A DNA stretch of 63,017 nt, counting the filler, from Chiloscyllium plagiosum (Eukaryota), in assembly GCF_004010195.1 (NCBI RefSeq). It is 3 parts of 3 records of this genome, joined end to end, with 100 filler letters (N's around TTAATTAATTAA, not from the genome) between each part and the next. Parts side by side here need not be neighbours in the genome. Positions count along the whole stretch, not along the records: positions 1 to 18,394 come from NC_057717.1; 2 more parts are not named here. The stretch is one strand, 5' to 3'. Positions within the stretch are counted from its first letter, which is position 1. Each line of letters starts with the position of its first letter. Made by a program: the position numbers and the translations under genes. The notes below the pieces were generated by a model. The model made no database searches and was not told the DNA's origin. It saw nothing but the letters and a program-made list of their open reading frames with translations. Below are positions 1-12,726 of this stretch, piece after piece.

Positions 1-1689
1 AATTGAGCAGATATATCTGCTCAGATCAAAACTGTTGTACAGTGTGTTCCCGTGTTACTCGACCGAGTTGTCAGCTGTTCCTGACCAGTTGTAAATCGAC
101 CCGTTCGGACACCTGAATCTCAGACATTTGAATTACATGCGGCGCTTCAAAACCACTTTTGTCTGCCAGAAATTAGGCATCACAGAATTGAGAGACCTGA
201 CTGAATTCTTACAATCAGAATAAACACTTCAGTAACAAATTGTTAGACCCCTGAAGTCAGGTGTTAGCAATGAAGGATATATCATTCAGTGAGACAGAGG
301 GAAATATGCTGCATATTTTCTTTCCGCCTCTCTTCTCAGTGACGCATTTAGTGGCACAATGTAGAATCAAATTATTAAGAACTTATTGTCAGCATGTAAT
401 GTTACTGGCAAAGGTGATGTTACACTTCAAAAGCTTCTAATCTATTTCAACCTAAGCAGACAATCTGGTGCAGCAACATACATAGGATTAAGGGGAAGGG
501 AGTTCACAGTTGAAATCCAGTGACAGTAAATTTATGGCAGAGCAAATCCTAGTTTTATTCCTCTACAGTTCCCATAGAGCTTGAAAAATTCGGAATTGCT
601 ATCAAACCATTCTTGGATAATCGTTGAAATGCTACTTTCATCGTGTAAGCATTTTGTAACAATCCCTGGTTGCTGAAATCCTTGGTTAATTATTAACAAA
701 TTTGTGCACTCTCAAACCGGTAGTCTGTGTTGTCGGAGATTGTGTTCAGATCTGGTATAATGTAGTGGTAGTGTCTCTGACTCTGAGACATGTGAATTGT
801 GTACATTTACAATGTGTTGGAGAGGAATGTAATACCATGTCTTATCCGGTTAATTGGGGGGGAAAAACATTGAGTTCTTTGAGTTCTGCTGGAAGTCCAC
901 TCACAGAGGCCTGTGAAATCGATTTAATCGCTGTCCAGACTTGGGCCTCAGGTATTAGACGGAGGTTTGGCGATTTGCAGCCTGTTTCAACTCAATATTT
1001 GTTCCCTGGCTTTTGGGAATTGTTAGCTGGGTTAATAGTGTAACTCCTCAAAGAAATCCGGGATCTTGACTTGCTGTTCTATCAATACCATTTATAACTA
1101 ACCCACAATTAATTATTCCCAAAGCATATTTGATGACATTAAGTTGGAGCAGTTTTCGTTTGTATCAAACCATTACTGTTCAGTCCGGTGGGATTTTGGT
1201 TGAATCCAACACTTTGGTGTTAGCTTTTCAACCAGTCTTCAACGGATATCTCAGATCATCCAGTACACCTTCTTATAATGCTTTTCCAACAGAAGTCAGG
1301 TAAACTTAATCACTGTCTAAATCAATAGGTATAATTTCTCGTTCGACAAAATATGAAAACAATTTGCTGAAGGCGGATCACTGCACTTGAAATGATAAGC
1401 TTCCTTTCTCTGCACAGGAGCTGCCAGACCTGCCGCATTTCTTCAGAGAATTCTGTTTTTATTTCGGATTTCAAGCATTCAAAGTTTGTTGTTTCATATA
1501 AAATGTACTTTATATGAAACAAGTTGTTCAGAGAGAAAATATATTTTACCAAATTGTGAATTGTCAGAAATATTTAATACCACGTCATCGTTGAAAGTGA
1601 GTGATCTCATGTAGAGCCATAAATTCAGAAGAAACTGTATGATGAAGTAACAACCTGTTCCAGAGGGCAATGGCTGCTGTATGGAATTA

Positions 1690-1890
1690 TAGAATCTCTA
1701 TAGTGTGGAAACAGGCCATTTGCCCCAACAAGTCCATACCTACCCTTTGAAGAGTAACCCACCCAGACCCATTTCCCTACCCTATAGACCGTACATTTAA
1801 CGCTAACAAATACATCTAACTTAGATATCCCTGAACACCACGTGCAATTTAGCATAGCCAATTCACCTGACCTTCGCATATTTGGAGTGT
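1690..1890 (-). mobile_element. HE1-like SINE 3' fragment
   Basis: gtgtggaaacaggcc...caatttagcatagccaattcacctgacc matches the full copies elsewhere in the window. Confidence 0.75.
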
Positions 1891-2471
1891 ATTTGGGTGG
1901 GAGTTATTCTGACCACTCAAACAGAGAATATCAATGTTCCTGTTCCAAATAATCAACACGAATTTTTAAAGAATGTTTTTAACAATTAATTTGTTGATAT
2001 ATCGTATTGAAAAGTGTCCAGCAACTTTGCTAGCTGAATGAATGACACAATAATAGGAATATATGATCAGGAATAAAGCACTCAGCCCCACTTAAAACAT
2101 GGTACATCTGCGAGCTAACCTTTGACTAAAACTCTTTAACACATCTGATTAACAAGCAATAACTATCCCAGATTTAATGATTCAACTGCACATAACAAAG
2201 AGAAAAACCATTTCTGAAAGATATTTATGGTGGAGTAGGCTGAAAGTTGGAAGCTGGTGATCTCGTGAGGAGGTAGGTTGGTGATGTGGTAGATTTTGAG
2301 CTGATAGGCCGTGAGGTGTTGGGTGGCTGCTGGGTAAGCTTGCATGCACCTAGTCTGGCAGGGTGGCATCAAAGCAAATCATAATGGTCAGAAGGAAATA
2401 ACTTGGTTACATTGTGCTTAGTAGGTGAGGGGTCGTTTAAGCAGCAATGTAGGGTGTCTCCCTGGTGCCAA

Positions 2472-2795
2472 GATGGTTAATTGAGTGGCCAGCAGGCTGC
2501 AGGGCTGGTTAGTTGAGAGCTGAGGAGGGTGCAGGACTGGTTAGTTGGAGGTGGGCAGGGTGCCAGGCCAATTTGTTGAGAGGTCAACAGGGTGCAGGGC
2601 TGGTCAGTTGTGAGGTGGGGAGGGAGTCATGTTGGTTAGTTGAGTGGAAAACAGGGTGTCAGACTGGTTAGTTCAGACATTGGCAAGACGTCAGACTGGT
2701 TAGTTGAGAGGTGGGCAGGCTGCCGGGCTGGTTAGTTGAGAGGTGGGCAGGGTATCGGGAAGTTTAGTTGATCGGCTTAGCAGAGTGCTGGGCTG
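2472..2795 (+). repeat. Degenerate G-rich ~32-bp tandem repeat (~10 units) in the J-Cmu intron
   Basis: Units approximate GCTGGTTAGTTGAGAGGTGGGCAGGGTGCAGG. Confidence 0.85.
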
Positions 2796-3959
2796 TACTG
2801 ATGTGACAAGCGGATATGATGTCAAAATGTAAAAGTCGGAGTGTGGCGAAGGGCAGATGGGAACAGAGCTAGGATGCAATATGCACAGGTTGACTTGGGT
2901 AAAATGAGAGGTCAGTGGTGAAGGTCTGAGGTCATATCTGGTGGAGTGGCATCCTGTCAGGGGTTGTGAAAAGTCTGATTTCAGGACTAGATTCACCAAG
3001 GACCAGGTGCAGTGTAGCAGGAGTGGAATTGAGTGAAAAGAATCGAGATTACATTCTCGTCCAGAATATGGATTGCCTTGAATGTGTGTTATCTCTTGCG
3101 ATGAGGGTCATGTGTTCCGAGGGTGAATGAGCGTGTAACAGTGTAGGGGTTGTCAATGTGAGTGGAAATTGAGGTTGAGAGAGAGAGTCCGAGCGGTGGT
3201 TAGTCTGAGAGATTAGAGTTTTACCATGAACTGCTTGTAAGTTTAATAGTTATTGAAGTAAAAGAGTACTTGTTCATCTCTCGAATCATATTCACATAAA
3301 TGCTCAGTTCAGCTAGCTGTCACACTCCAAAGTCTCTGAACATTAATGGTCCTCTATGTTTCAGAGGCTTCCAGAATTCAGATAATTGTCAAGTCGATCA
3401 TTGAGCTTCCAGATAATTGGCATGATATCAGCTGTGACAGACATTCTCTCAGTCCCAGTGCCCTGCAACTGCCTTCTTCACAGAGAGGAGATTCTGACTG
3501 ACATTGATAAGCGAGGAAGGGATACTGGACTAGAAACGTTCACTCTGGTTTCTCTCCACTGATGCTGCCAGTTGTTGGGTTTCTCCAGCAACTTCGGTTT
3601 TTATTTCCAATTCCAACTTCCACGTTTTCTGGGTTTGCATTTTGTGAGACGACTGTGCTCGTCACCTGCAATCCAATGAAAGTGTTAGTTGGGGAGATTT
3701 TCTAACAGTTACTTTTCGTGGGATCAGGGCGTTCTTATTTCTAAGTTATATAGTAATGGTCAAGGTCGAGGGCATGTTTCTGAAGAGGGAAACAATAGAT
3801 CATGATGAACGACTGATTGGAAACAAAAATAAACTCAAGGTATGCTGAAGATTTTAGCAGGAACACACTGGCATACATTTACAGCTGAGGAAACATTTGG
3901 GTCACCAATAAGGTCGAATTAACCGCAAGTAACTTGATCAATTGTTCATTCTATCCTAG

Positions 3960-4259
3960 AAACTGTATCTACCCCCACACTTTATGGACTTGTCTCCTCC
4001 TGTCAGCAACACAACGCCGACGGTTCAGTGATCTTTGGTTGTTTGGCCATGGACTATTCCCCTGACGTTACCAAGGTGACCTGGAAGAAAGGTGGGCAGC
4101 CAATCACGACTGCATTGAAGACTTATCCATCCGTGAGAAACAAGAAGGGAACTTACACCCTGAGCAGCCAGTTAACCCTGCCTGAGTCGGAAGCGGATTG
4201 CAGCAAAATCTCCTGTGAGGTTCAACACAGCGGGTCAAAGCAGAGCACTGGAATGCCAT
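3960..4259 (+). CDS. IGHM: IgM CH1 exon
   Basis: Acceptor ctatcctag|, donor |gtaagt. Encodes [44 protein letters not shown]...SSQLTL...[17 protein letters not shown], with the C-W-C core and an N-terminal Cys for the L-chain bond. Confidence 0.95.
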
Positions 4260-4336
4260 GTAAGTCTTGTGGGAACTGAGGTGAACAGTACATCTGTGGT
4301 TAACATGAATAGGGCATTAGTTATAATACATTTGAC

Positions 4337-5540
4337 ATAGCCATAGAGATATACAGCACAGGAAAAGATCATTCGGCCCATTCAGTCCAAGCCAATCAAT
4401 AACAGTTCCCTAACTGTTCCAGTTCAATATGTCCGCAATTGATCCATTGCTTTGTGTGACTTGGCATTTCTTATATGCATCTAAATATTTCTCACATATT
4501 ATGCGAGGCTCAGCCTCGACATGACTTACTGGCACTGAGCTACAGATTCACACCCTCTGTGTGATTTTGTTTTCCCCGTTATCCTCCTGTCCTGACCTTA
4601 ACTCTATGCCCTTGAGGCATTGCTCCATCCATTAAGGGAAAATGTTTTGTTCTGTTTACTCTGTGTATGTCTACCATAATTCCAGACATCACAATCATCT
4701 TCTCTCTCAATCTTCTCTGCTCCAAGGAAAACACCAGTTTGGTGAATCACATTTTATAATTAAAAACTTCCAGCCCAGGAAAAATCCTGGAATATCTCAA
4801 CAATGCTGCCTTCTGTCTAATCACATTCCTTCCATAACATGGAGTCCTATACTATGCATGATGCTTCATGTCTGGCTTAACCAGTATTTCATTAATTTCC
4901 AGTATCATCTCCCAACACCTAATGTAAATGTCTTGGCTCATAAAAGCAAATACCCTTCACACATTCTTAGCCTTTTTATCCCCCTGCCACATTACTATAA
5001 GGGATCGATGGGCATGCAATCCTTTTCAGGGTTCCACCATTCAAAACATAATACCTCTTAGTTTCTTCTGACCAAGTGCATCACCTTACAGTTATCCAGA
5101 ATGATTTCAATTTGCCATTTCTCAGCACAAGTGGCCAACCCTTCTGTATCTTGCTGCAATCTAAAGCTATCATGGTCACTACCTGCCAACATGGCAATTT
5201 TCGCTTCATCTGTGAACTTACTAGCCAAATCTCCTGCAGTATATTCTAAATCACTTTTACGTAATAGAGACATCAATAAATCAACACTGAATCCTGCAGA
5301 ACACCGCTAGACATATACTTCCAGCCACACAAACATCCTACGGCCATTATCCTCTGCACTCCGCCACTCAGCTACCTCAGGATTCAATTCGTCAAATTGA
5401 CTTGATCTCACCTGGCTCTGATCTATATGATCATCTGGACATCGACTTATTTCTGCGAAAACACCATCAAATTGGTCAGACATGACTTCCTCACAATAAA
5501 TTCGTGCTGAGAATTGTTGATTACTCTTCCAGATGAAGGT
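4337..5540 (-). mobile_element. Degenerate CR1-clade LINE 3' part in the CH1-CH2 intron
   Basis: Minus-strand ORF 5058-5276 has SKFTDEAKI...LQQD...AEKWQIE...CKVMHL (RT C-terminal motifs). Confidence 0.8.
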
Positions 5541-6334
5541 TAATTCCCCTCTCCATCGTTACAATGTCTTCCCTACTACTGAATCTAGCTTGAGCCGAGC
5601 CTGTGGTTTCATTGTTTTTCCCTTCATCCGTCCTGCATAACAATACCACACTGGCAGTTTTGCCATATCCCCTGTGGCCAGGAATTATAAATTATTGCCA
5701 GCGACCCACTATTTCATCCTTTGCCTGGCATACATTTTATCTGTCCTGGAAATATAACTATTATTCATCCAGCAAGGCAGCACATCACATCATCTATCCT
5801 CATTCCTGAAAAAAAGCATCACAACACTTCACCATGTTTTCGATACCCACATATTCCCTCACACTGATGAACATCAACAATCTTTACCGCCCTTCTACAT
5901 CTTTCCCTGTCTCGCTTGAAGGCATTATATTTGGAATATTGAACTGCTACTCCTGCCCCTCTCTCAACATGTCTCCATGATATCAACACTTTTTCCTTTA
6001 TGCCGTTAACTCATCTGCCTTGTTTATCATACTCCTTTCATTGAAATGAATACCATCCAACCTTACTATCTCACCCTCTGATTTAACTGGCCTATCATTT
6101 CTGTGCCTTCTTGACTTCCTTGCTGTGACCTGTAGTTTTGGCATTACATTGTCATTATCACATCGTCCAGCTAATTGTAATGTGTTGATCTCAGCTTCTA
6201 TAACACTCTGCATAATTATGATACTTGTAATATCAAGGTTAGTATCAATTAGCCATAATAAACTTTGTTATAATAGAAGTGAATGTATTTGTTATCAAAT
6301 TTGTGAGATAATTTATGCAATGTTTTTCATAAAG

Positions 6335-6643
6335 GTCCACTTCTCCAGCCAACTCTTCTTCTCACCGTGAGTCCCAGTGAAGAAATCGCAAGCAGCAAGT
6401 TTGCAACCATCGTGTGTTCAATCATTGATTTCCATCCGAAGGAAATCTCCGTGACATGGTTGAAAAATGGCCAATCCGTGGATTCTGTTGTCTTCACATC
6501 TCCTGTGTGTGAGGTGGATGGGAACATCTCGGTGATGAGTCGGCTGACAGTCCCTTCTGGTGAATGGTTCAACAGCGCAGTGTATACCTGCCAGGTCACT
6601 CATGGAGAGAACACTCAAAGTCAAAACATCACCACACCCCAGG
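6335..6643 (+). CDS. IGHM: IgM CH2 exon
   Basis: Acceptor tttttcataaag|, donor |gtaaga. Encodes [46 protein letters not shown]...[14 protein letters not shown]...NITTPQ. Confidence 0.95.
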
Positions 6644-8504
6644 GTAAGACATACATACGAGAGAACTAGAAATCATTTTGAACTCCGATGTTAATCAGAT
6701 ACACACATTTATCAAATTTAGTGAACAGCACTAAGGTGTACAGCTTCCCATTCACAAACGTGTCATGTATTTCAGTTTGAGTGTTACATTGGCGTTGCTC
6801 ATAATTCAACATTATGTCAAATCAGAAAAGCATGTTTCCCTCTATACTGAAGACATATAGACAGTGAGCTGGATTAACAGTCTTTTTTTAAAGTAGTTTG
6901 TTGGCTGACCACATTTGGAGTGGCAGAGTGCCGAATCCATACCTGGTGACTTGCTTAAGGATAAAGGGGTTGGGGATGGGGGAGGGGTCCGTGTCTTGTG
7001 GGGGCCGGGGAGCAGGGTCAGAGAGGTATTTCTTTGAAACATAGAACATGCTGAGAGGCCGAGATTGGGTGAACGTGGAGTAAATGTTTTTGCCAGTAGG
7101 CTAGAGTAGGACAAGATGGCATATCCTCGGAGTCAAAGGGTGCACCATTTGGCACTGCGATGGGGAAGAATTTCTTCAGCTAGAGGGTGGTGCATGTGTG
7201 GAATTCATTGCTGCAGAGGGTTATGGAGGCCAAGTCAGTGACTGTATTTAAGGTGGCGATAGATCGGTTAGTACATGGAGAAGGCTGGAGAATGGGGTAG
7301 AAGAACATACCAGCCATGATCGAATGGCAGGGCAGACTCGATTGGCCGAACTGCCTCATTCTGCACCTTTATCTTACTATCTTGTGGTCTCAAAATGACA
7401 TGGTAAAAATGTGCAGCGACCCTTTTTTTCAAAGTAGATCAAAATGTGTTCAGTGCTTCATTTCCAGCTCAGGAATGACCTGTTGTCCTTGGGCATTGTA
7501 CGTCATAGATTTTATCTGGTACTGAGCTCTTCAACTTCATTCATGGGACCAGATCGCCGACCAAGTTTGTATCACATTTTATTAATCTGGATAAACATGA
7601 CCTAATTGAGCCTCTTTAAGATACTCTCTGCAATTAGTGGCTGTGGCAGGAGAATACATTTTAGTGGTAAGGCTACAGTAGGGATGAACGATCTAGGAAT
7701 TTGAGTCAGGCTGATTGAGCCCAGGGTGAGGATGGAAATGTTCATGCAGTGAGCAGTGGAAGTCTGAATAATACTCGTGCAAATTTCCATCAAGTTGGTA
7801 GAATAATTTAAGACACTCGTATTTGTTTAGTCTCTGTTCTACTAAGAAATTCACTGTTTTGTTTTTAGATCTACTCCAAATTTGACAGGAGTAATAATAT
7901 CTCGTGGTATGTTTTAGAGAATGATCTCACACCAATAATGTCAATTATTTTCAATAACGTTAAACATATTGAATAGAATTTCTGTGACTGATCACTGCCC
8001 CGTAACACCTTATATCCTCTGCAAATGCATGAGAACAAAGACAATAATTATGATTGATTACAGTTTGCCCAAAATTGGGGATGTAATGTGGCATCCAGAA
8101 TGCCCAGCAGCATTTGCAAGTAAGTTTCATGAACATAGAAATGAAGTCGTTATATTCAGATTACTCTTGTCACAAGTATCAATGGATGGTCGTAAGTGAG
8201 AGAAGAAGTCTGGAAGGAAGATAATTCCATGTGTTACACCATGGTATCTTTGATTTTACTTTTTCACAGGTTTCACTTGTTACAAATCCAGTGTTCTTTA
8301 TGAATGATTACACGGGGCATGTTATAGATAATAACAAATGTTTTCACAAATCAAAATATCTCAACAACAGGAACCATCATTTTAGCAATAGTTGGAAACT
8401 GCCATGTCAAAGGTGGTTTCTTCACTTCATGTGGGAGTAGCCTGAAGGCTCGGTGTTTTGATTCTAAAGAGGCATTTTTCATTGATTTGATTTTTGTTTC
8501 ATAG

Positions 8505-8813
8505 GAGGTAATGAGTGCCACGATTACACAGTTAAAATTCTACCACCGCCAGTAGAACAGGTCTTACTGGAGGCGACGGTGACATTAACATGCGTTGTGT
8601 CCAATCTTCCTTCTGGAGTCAATGTCACCTGGATACAAGAAAAGAAGACTCTGAAATCAGAGATTTCTAACCAGCCTGGAGAAGATCCCGACAGCGTGAT
8701 CAGCAAATTGAGCATTTCTACTCAAACCTGGCTGAGTCACGTTAGTTTTGAATGTGTGGTGAACCATCCATATCTACCGACTCCTCTGAGAGACTCCATC
8801 CACAAGGGAAATG
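8505..8813 (+). CDS. IGHM: IgM CH3 exon
   Basis: Acceptor ttttgtttcatag|, donor |gtgagc. Encodes [43 protein letters not shown]...[22 protein letters not shown]. Confidence 0.95.
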
Positions 8814-9262
8814 GTGAGCGGTGAGATGAAAGAACAAAGTATTCCATGTGTAATCTAGATCCAGTTACATACATGGCATGCTTAGATTGGCTCCAAATAA
8901 CGTTGGGAGCATGAAAGATGTGTCTGATGGCAGGATAGCTAAATATCTGATTGAGAACAGAATGGACCAAAGGTTGATCTTTTATGATCATAAGTCAAAT
9001 AAAGTGGTAAGAAGCCTGGTTTATGTTTTTAACATCAGCAATGACAAATGGACAGGATGTCTTAGTTGTGGGTTAGAAACATGGAGTCGACTTTCGAATT
9101 AAACTCTTTACTCTTAATGAACAGAATGGATATCATTCTGCTGGTTTAGAAAATGAGAGTGTAATTTAAAAACAAAACTGGCATATTTTAATATGTAGTG
9201 AAATTGCAATATTGATTCTGGATTTTTATAATTGATTTATGTTTGTTTCAAATATTCTTCAG

Positions 9263-9654
9263 GAGAAAAGCTACTGGAGCCATCAGTGTCTATCCTACTG
9301 CCACCAACAGAAGACGTTTCCGCTCAGAGGTTTCTCTCCCTCACCTGTTTAGTGAGAGGCTTCTACCCCCGAGAGATCTTCATCAAGTGGACAAACAATG
9401 ACAAGCCAGTGAATCCCAGTAACTACAAGAACACCGAGGTGATGGCGGAGAGCGAGAACACCTCCTTCTTCATGTACAGCCTGTTATCCATTACAGCAGA
9501 GGAGTGGGCCAGCGGTGCTTCTTACTCCTGTGTGGTGGGACATGAAGCGATTCCATTGAAGATCATCAACAGAACAGTCGATAAATCCAGCGGTAAACCG
9601 AGTTTTGTGAACATTTCACTTGCACTGATGGACACTATTAATTCATGTCAATAA
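9263..9654 (+). CDS. IGHM: IgM CH4 exon plus secretory tailpiece (internal donor after 9592 for the membrane form)
   Basis: Acceptor ttcttcag|. Encodes [14 protein letters not shown]...[17 protein letters not shown]...[24 protein letters not shown], then tail [19 protein letters not shown] with N-glycan sequon and penultimate Cys. Internal donor G|gtaaac at 9592/9593. Confidence 0.96.
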
Positions 9655-9695
9655 AATCTCAAAGTTGCTTTTAATAATTCAACAAAAGTAATAAA
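9650..9695 (+). promoter_or_regulatory. Poly(A) signals of the secretory IgM mRNA
   Basis: AATAAA at 9650-9655 (overlapping the TAA stop) and at 9690-9695. Confidence 0.7.
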
Positions 9696-10889
9696 GCTTT
9701 TTCCTCAAATTGTGATTTAAATATACAACCGTTTAATTAATTGTGCTTCCCACTTTTACTTATATTCCACCTGTAAAGTTAAGTTGGATTATTAACAGGT
9801 CTAGGACTCGTGTCTTGTGCAGTTAATGTCCCCTGCTCAGGTAAACTTAGGATCGGAGGCAGAGTAAAGCTCACTCAATGTCAGATTCTGCAAAGTACCT
9901 TAACCATCTTAAATTCCATTAAAACGAAATCTGAAAATGCCCAATTTCTCTCAAGTAAAGACCACGAACTTGAACTTTGTTTTCCTGATTCCCCGATTGC
10001 ACATTCTCACAAAATTCATGTCGGCTTTAAACTGCCACAATGCAACAATTGCGAACGCAATATTAAGAGACATTTGGAATTAGTTTTGATTGGAAAATGC
10101 CAATCGCAAACAGTGCAGCGTAAGTTGAATATAACCCTTGTTTCTGTGGAACGAGGGATCTTGTACCAGTGCAGTGGTTGACAGAATGCATCTTTATTTC
10201 CACACCAAAGAGACCCGAAAGGAAGGTTATTGTTGTTGAGCCGAGGTAGGGGGAGAGGGGAATTATTAATGGTCTGTACTCTTACTCACTCTGCAGAGTT
10301 TTCAAGACAGAAGTCCTCTGTAATGTAACCCAGTTGCTGACAGTAACAGCCAGCTTCTTATTTACTGTCCGAAGATTCCATGTTTCCATATAAAATAATA
10401 CATTTGTGTCTGCCGAATTCGATTGACCCTATTAATCGTTTGTTAACATTGACTCCCCTTAATCCAAAACTGGTATTTACATCATCCCAGTTTGTCGTCC
10501 ATAGTTTTGTCTCAGTTTTCTGGAGCACATGGGGATAAATTCTGGTATTCGAACATCTGACATAATTTTGCTTCACGTACAGAACATTTGTAGATATTTT
10601 GTAATCAGAAATGCAATTCTGCATATCTGGAGTAGTGGGGATTTGAGATCAGGTCTCTGGTCTCAGAGACAGAAATTCTTTCGCTGTAACAAAAGAGTTG
10701 CTCACATCGAGGGCCGAAGGGCCTGTTCTGCGCAGTATTGTTCTATGTTCTAAAGCATTTATCTCTCCACGACGATCAGAAATGTTCCTGACAACATCAG
10801 AGTCAGATATAAATGTTGACAATCCATAAAAACTGGAACAATAATTCAAATTACAGTCTAGTATAAGAGCTGAAACAGTTTCAGAGAAA

Positions 10890-11930
10890 TGCTCACAAAT
10901 ACACACATAAGAACACATACACAGGCTCTCACCTAAAGACACTAGCTTATGCACACACATAAAAGTGCACACAGATGAACTGTCACACACTCTTACATAC
11001 ACAGAGCCACACATGCAAATGGTACTTGAACACATCTAAGCTCCCACAAAAACGCACATACACAGAAAAAATAGCACGTGCACAAGTGAACAAGGATATC
11101 CACACATAATTACGAAAAGCATAGACGCAAATTAATACACAAATGGACATGACTGCATTTCTATTCATGCAGCATAATGCTGACAGACATGCATTCGTAC
11201 GCACACAGATACAACATCTGAAAAATGTCCTCCCACATGTAAACTCACACAGACACATATGAGCACAGAGTTAGACATTAATAGTATTATTTTTTTAATT
11301 TTCATAATCACAAACATATGATTGCAGAGGCAGCTTAATTTATTTTTAAACCACTTTGATCAGCACTTATACATGGTCACACACACACATAAATTCAGAG
11401 TCTCACATGCAGACGCGCAAGTAATGGGGCGTTTATTAAACAAGGAGAATGGCACAAGCGTCAGCAAACATCCACACATAATAACACAAACAAGCACATC
11501 AGACAGTGGTTTAGGATAGATTGCCACACAAACAGAGATCATCACGCAAAGATAAACATCCACCAAACATGACGTTGCATGCTCACATTTATTGAGCACA
11601 AAAATGAAAATAACCTAATGTAGGTAGGACCTGAAATAGACAGATCCTACTGTCTATTGGTAGGATGGCACTAACGAAAACTAAACATGCACAAGGACAT
11701 TAAAAGATTAACAAAGGCGTCAACGAAGTGCCATTTTAGCATGATGATGCTTACACATTGTGAAGGGAACAAGATTTACATACAAAATACACGTGAGCAC
11801 ATCAGCAGTAAAGAATATGAGTATGTTTATTTATGCACACACTCCAAAATGGGCAAGTGCAAAGTAAGAGACACGCCCACAAACACAAGGAAAAATATAC
11901 ACATCAAGCAGTAGAAAAAATAAATTAAGA
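10890..11930. repeat. CA-rich low-complexity tract in the CH4-TM1 intron
   Basis: Degenerate (CA)n/ACAT-rich sequence; explains the spurious Cys/Val-rich minus-strand ORFs. Confidence 0.7.
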
Positions 11931-12449
11931 GAGACATGGACAAAAACTTAATCCTAAATATGCAGATCCTACAAACAAAAATATGAAGCAATGTTTTTAC
12001 TGTGGATGAAATTTATGTTCATGATTTGCCAAGCAATTGGTCACCAATATATCATGAAGATGAGAACCATATTTGAACCTTTATCCAGTGATGGACAAAT
12101 TTTTGAACTAAACTGCGATCACAGCCCATATTTAAAGTATAATGATAATATTAAAATATTTGTTCTCAGTAAGTATTCCTCAAATGATAATATTCTTCAA
12201 TGATAGATTAAAAGGCAAAGTAATTCAAAGTTTTCTGGCACGGACAGTAAGGAAAAATGTACAGTTAGTATTAGTAATTTCTTGCTGCGAGTCAGTAATG
12301 CATTAGTACATGCAGATAGAGTCAAACTTGAGAAACACCTGACTGCCTGAAGAAGATGTAACGGTCTCTAATTACAATACTTAGGTGCAGATAGATCAGT
12401 CAGGATCAATAAACAATCTGAATACGTTCTCTCGGTTTTATATTTATAG

Positions 12450-12577
12450 ATTCAATAGATCGCACTTGGATTGAAGACTATGAGGATGATAATGGCAACA
12501 TCTGGACAACTGATTCCACGTTCATCACCCTGTTCTTCCTGAGTATTTTCTACAGTGCTGCCGTCACTCTGGTGAAG
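12450..12577 (+). CDS. IGHM: IgM TM1 exon
   Basis: Acceptor tttatag|, donor |gtgaga. Encodes DSIDRTWIEDYEDDNGNIWTTDSTFITLFFLSIFYSAAVTLVK: acidic spacer plus CART transmembrane motif with FYS. Confidence 0.95.
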
Positions 12578-12717
12578 GTGAGAGTAATCAAATATTTCAC
12601 ACAGCAAGGAGCCAAAGATGTATTGTGAAATATCAAAGTGTGCCACTGAATACAACTGAGAACCTGAATGCATCTGATCATAAACATCTGCATCATGACT
12701 TTATCTCTCTTTTCCAG

Positions 12718-12726
12718 GTTAAGTGA
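12718..12726 (+). CDS. IGHM: IgM TM2 exon coding part (VK-stop)
   Basis: Acceptor ctctcttttccag| then GTT AAG TGA, completing the KVK cytoplasmic tail. AATAAA at 12851-12856. Confidence 0.93.
   Translation, partial: VK

Larger units (their letters stand above)
3960..12726 (+). other. IGHM: IgM heavy-chain constant-region gene of a shark Ig cluster (CH1-CH4, secretory tail, TM1, TM2); VDJ lies upstream of the window
   Basis: Four C1-set exons joined by phase-1 GT-AG introns splice into one open frame, followed by a secretory tailpiece and two membrane exons. No stops or frameshifts found. Confidence 0.95.

Noticed and set aside
2472-2795. CRISPR-like array
   Set aside because: Vertebrate context; degenerate head-to-tail units with no unique spacers and no cas genes.
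1-3959. JH, D or VH segments upstream of CH1
   Set aside because: No WGxG J motif or heptamer-spacer-nonamer was found by eye; this appears to be J-C intron only.
11013-11020. Octamer ATGCAAAT in the CH4-TM1 intron as an enhancer
   Set aside because: It lies in CA/AT-rich low-complexity sequence where it is easily generated by chance.
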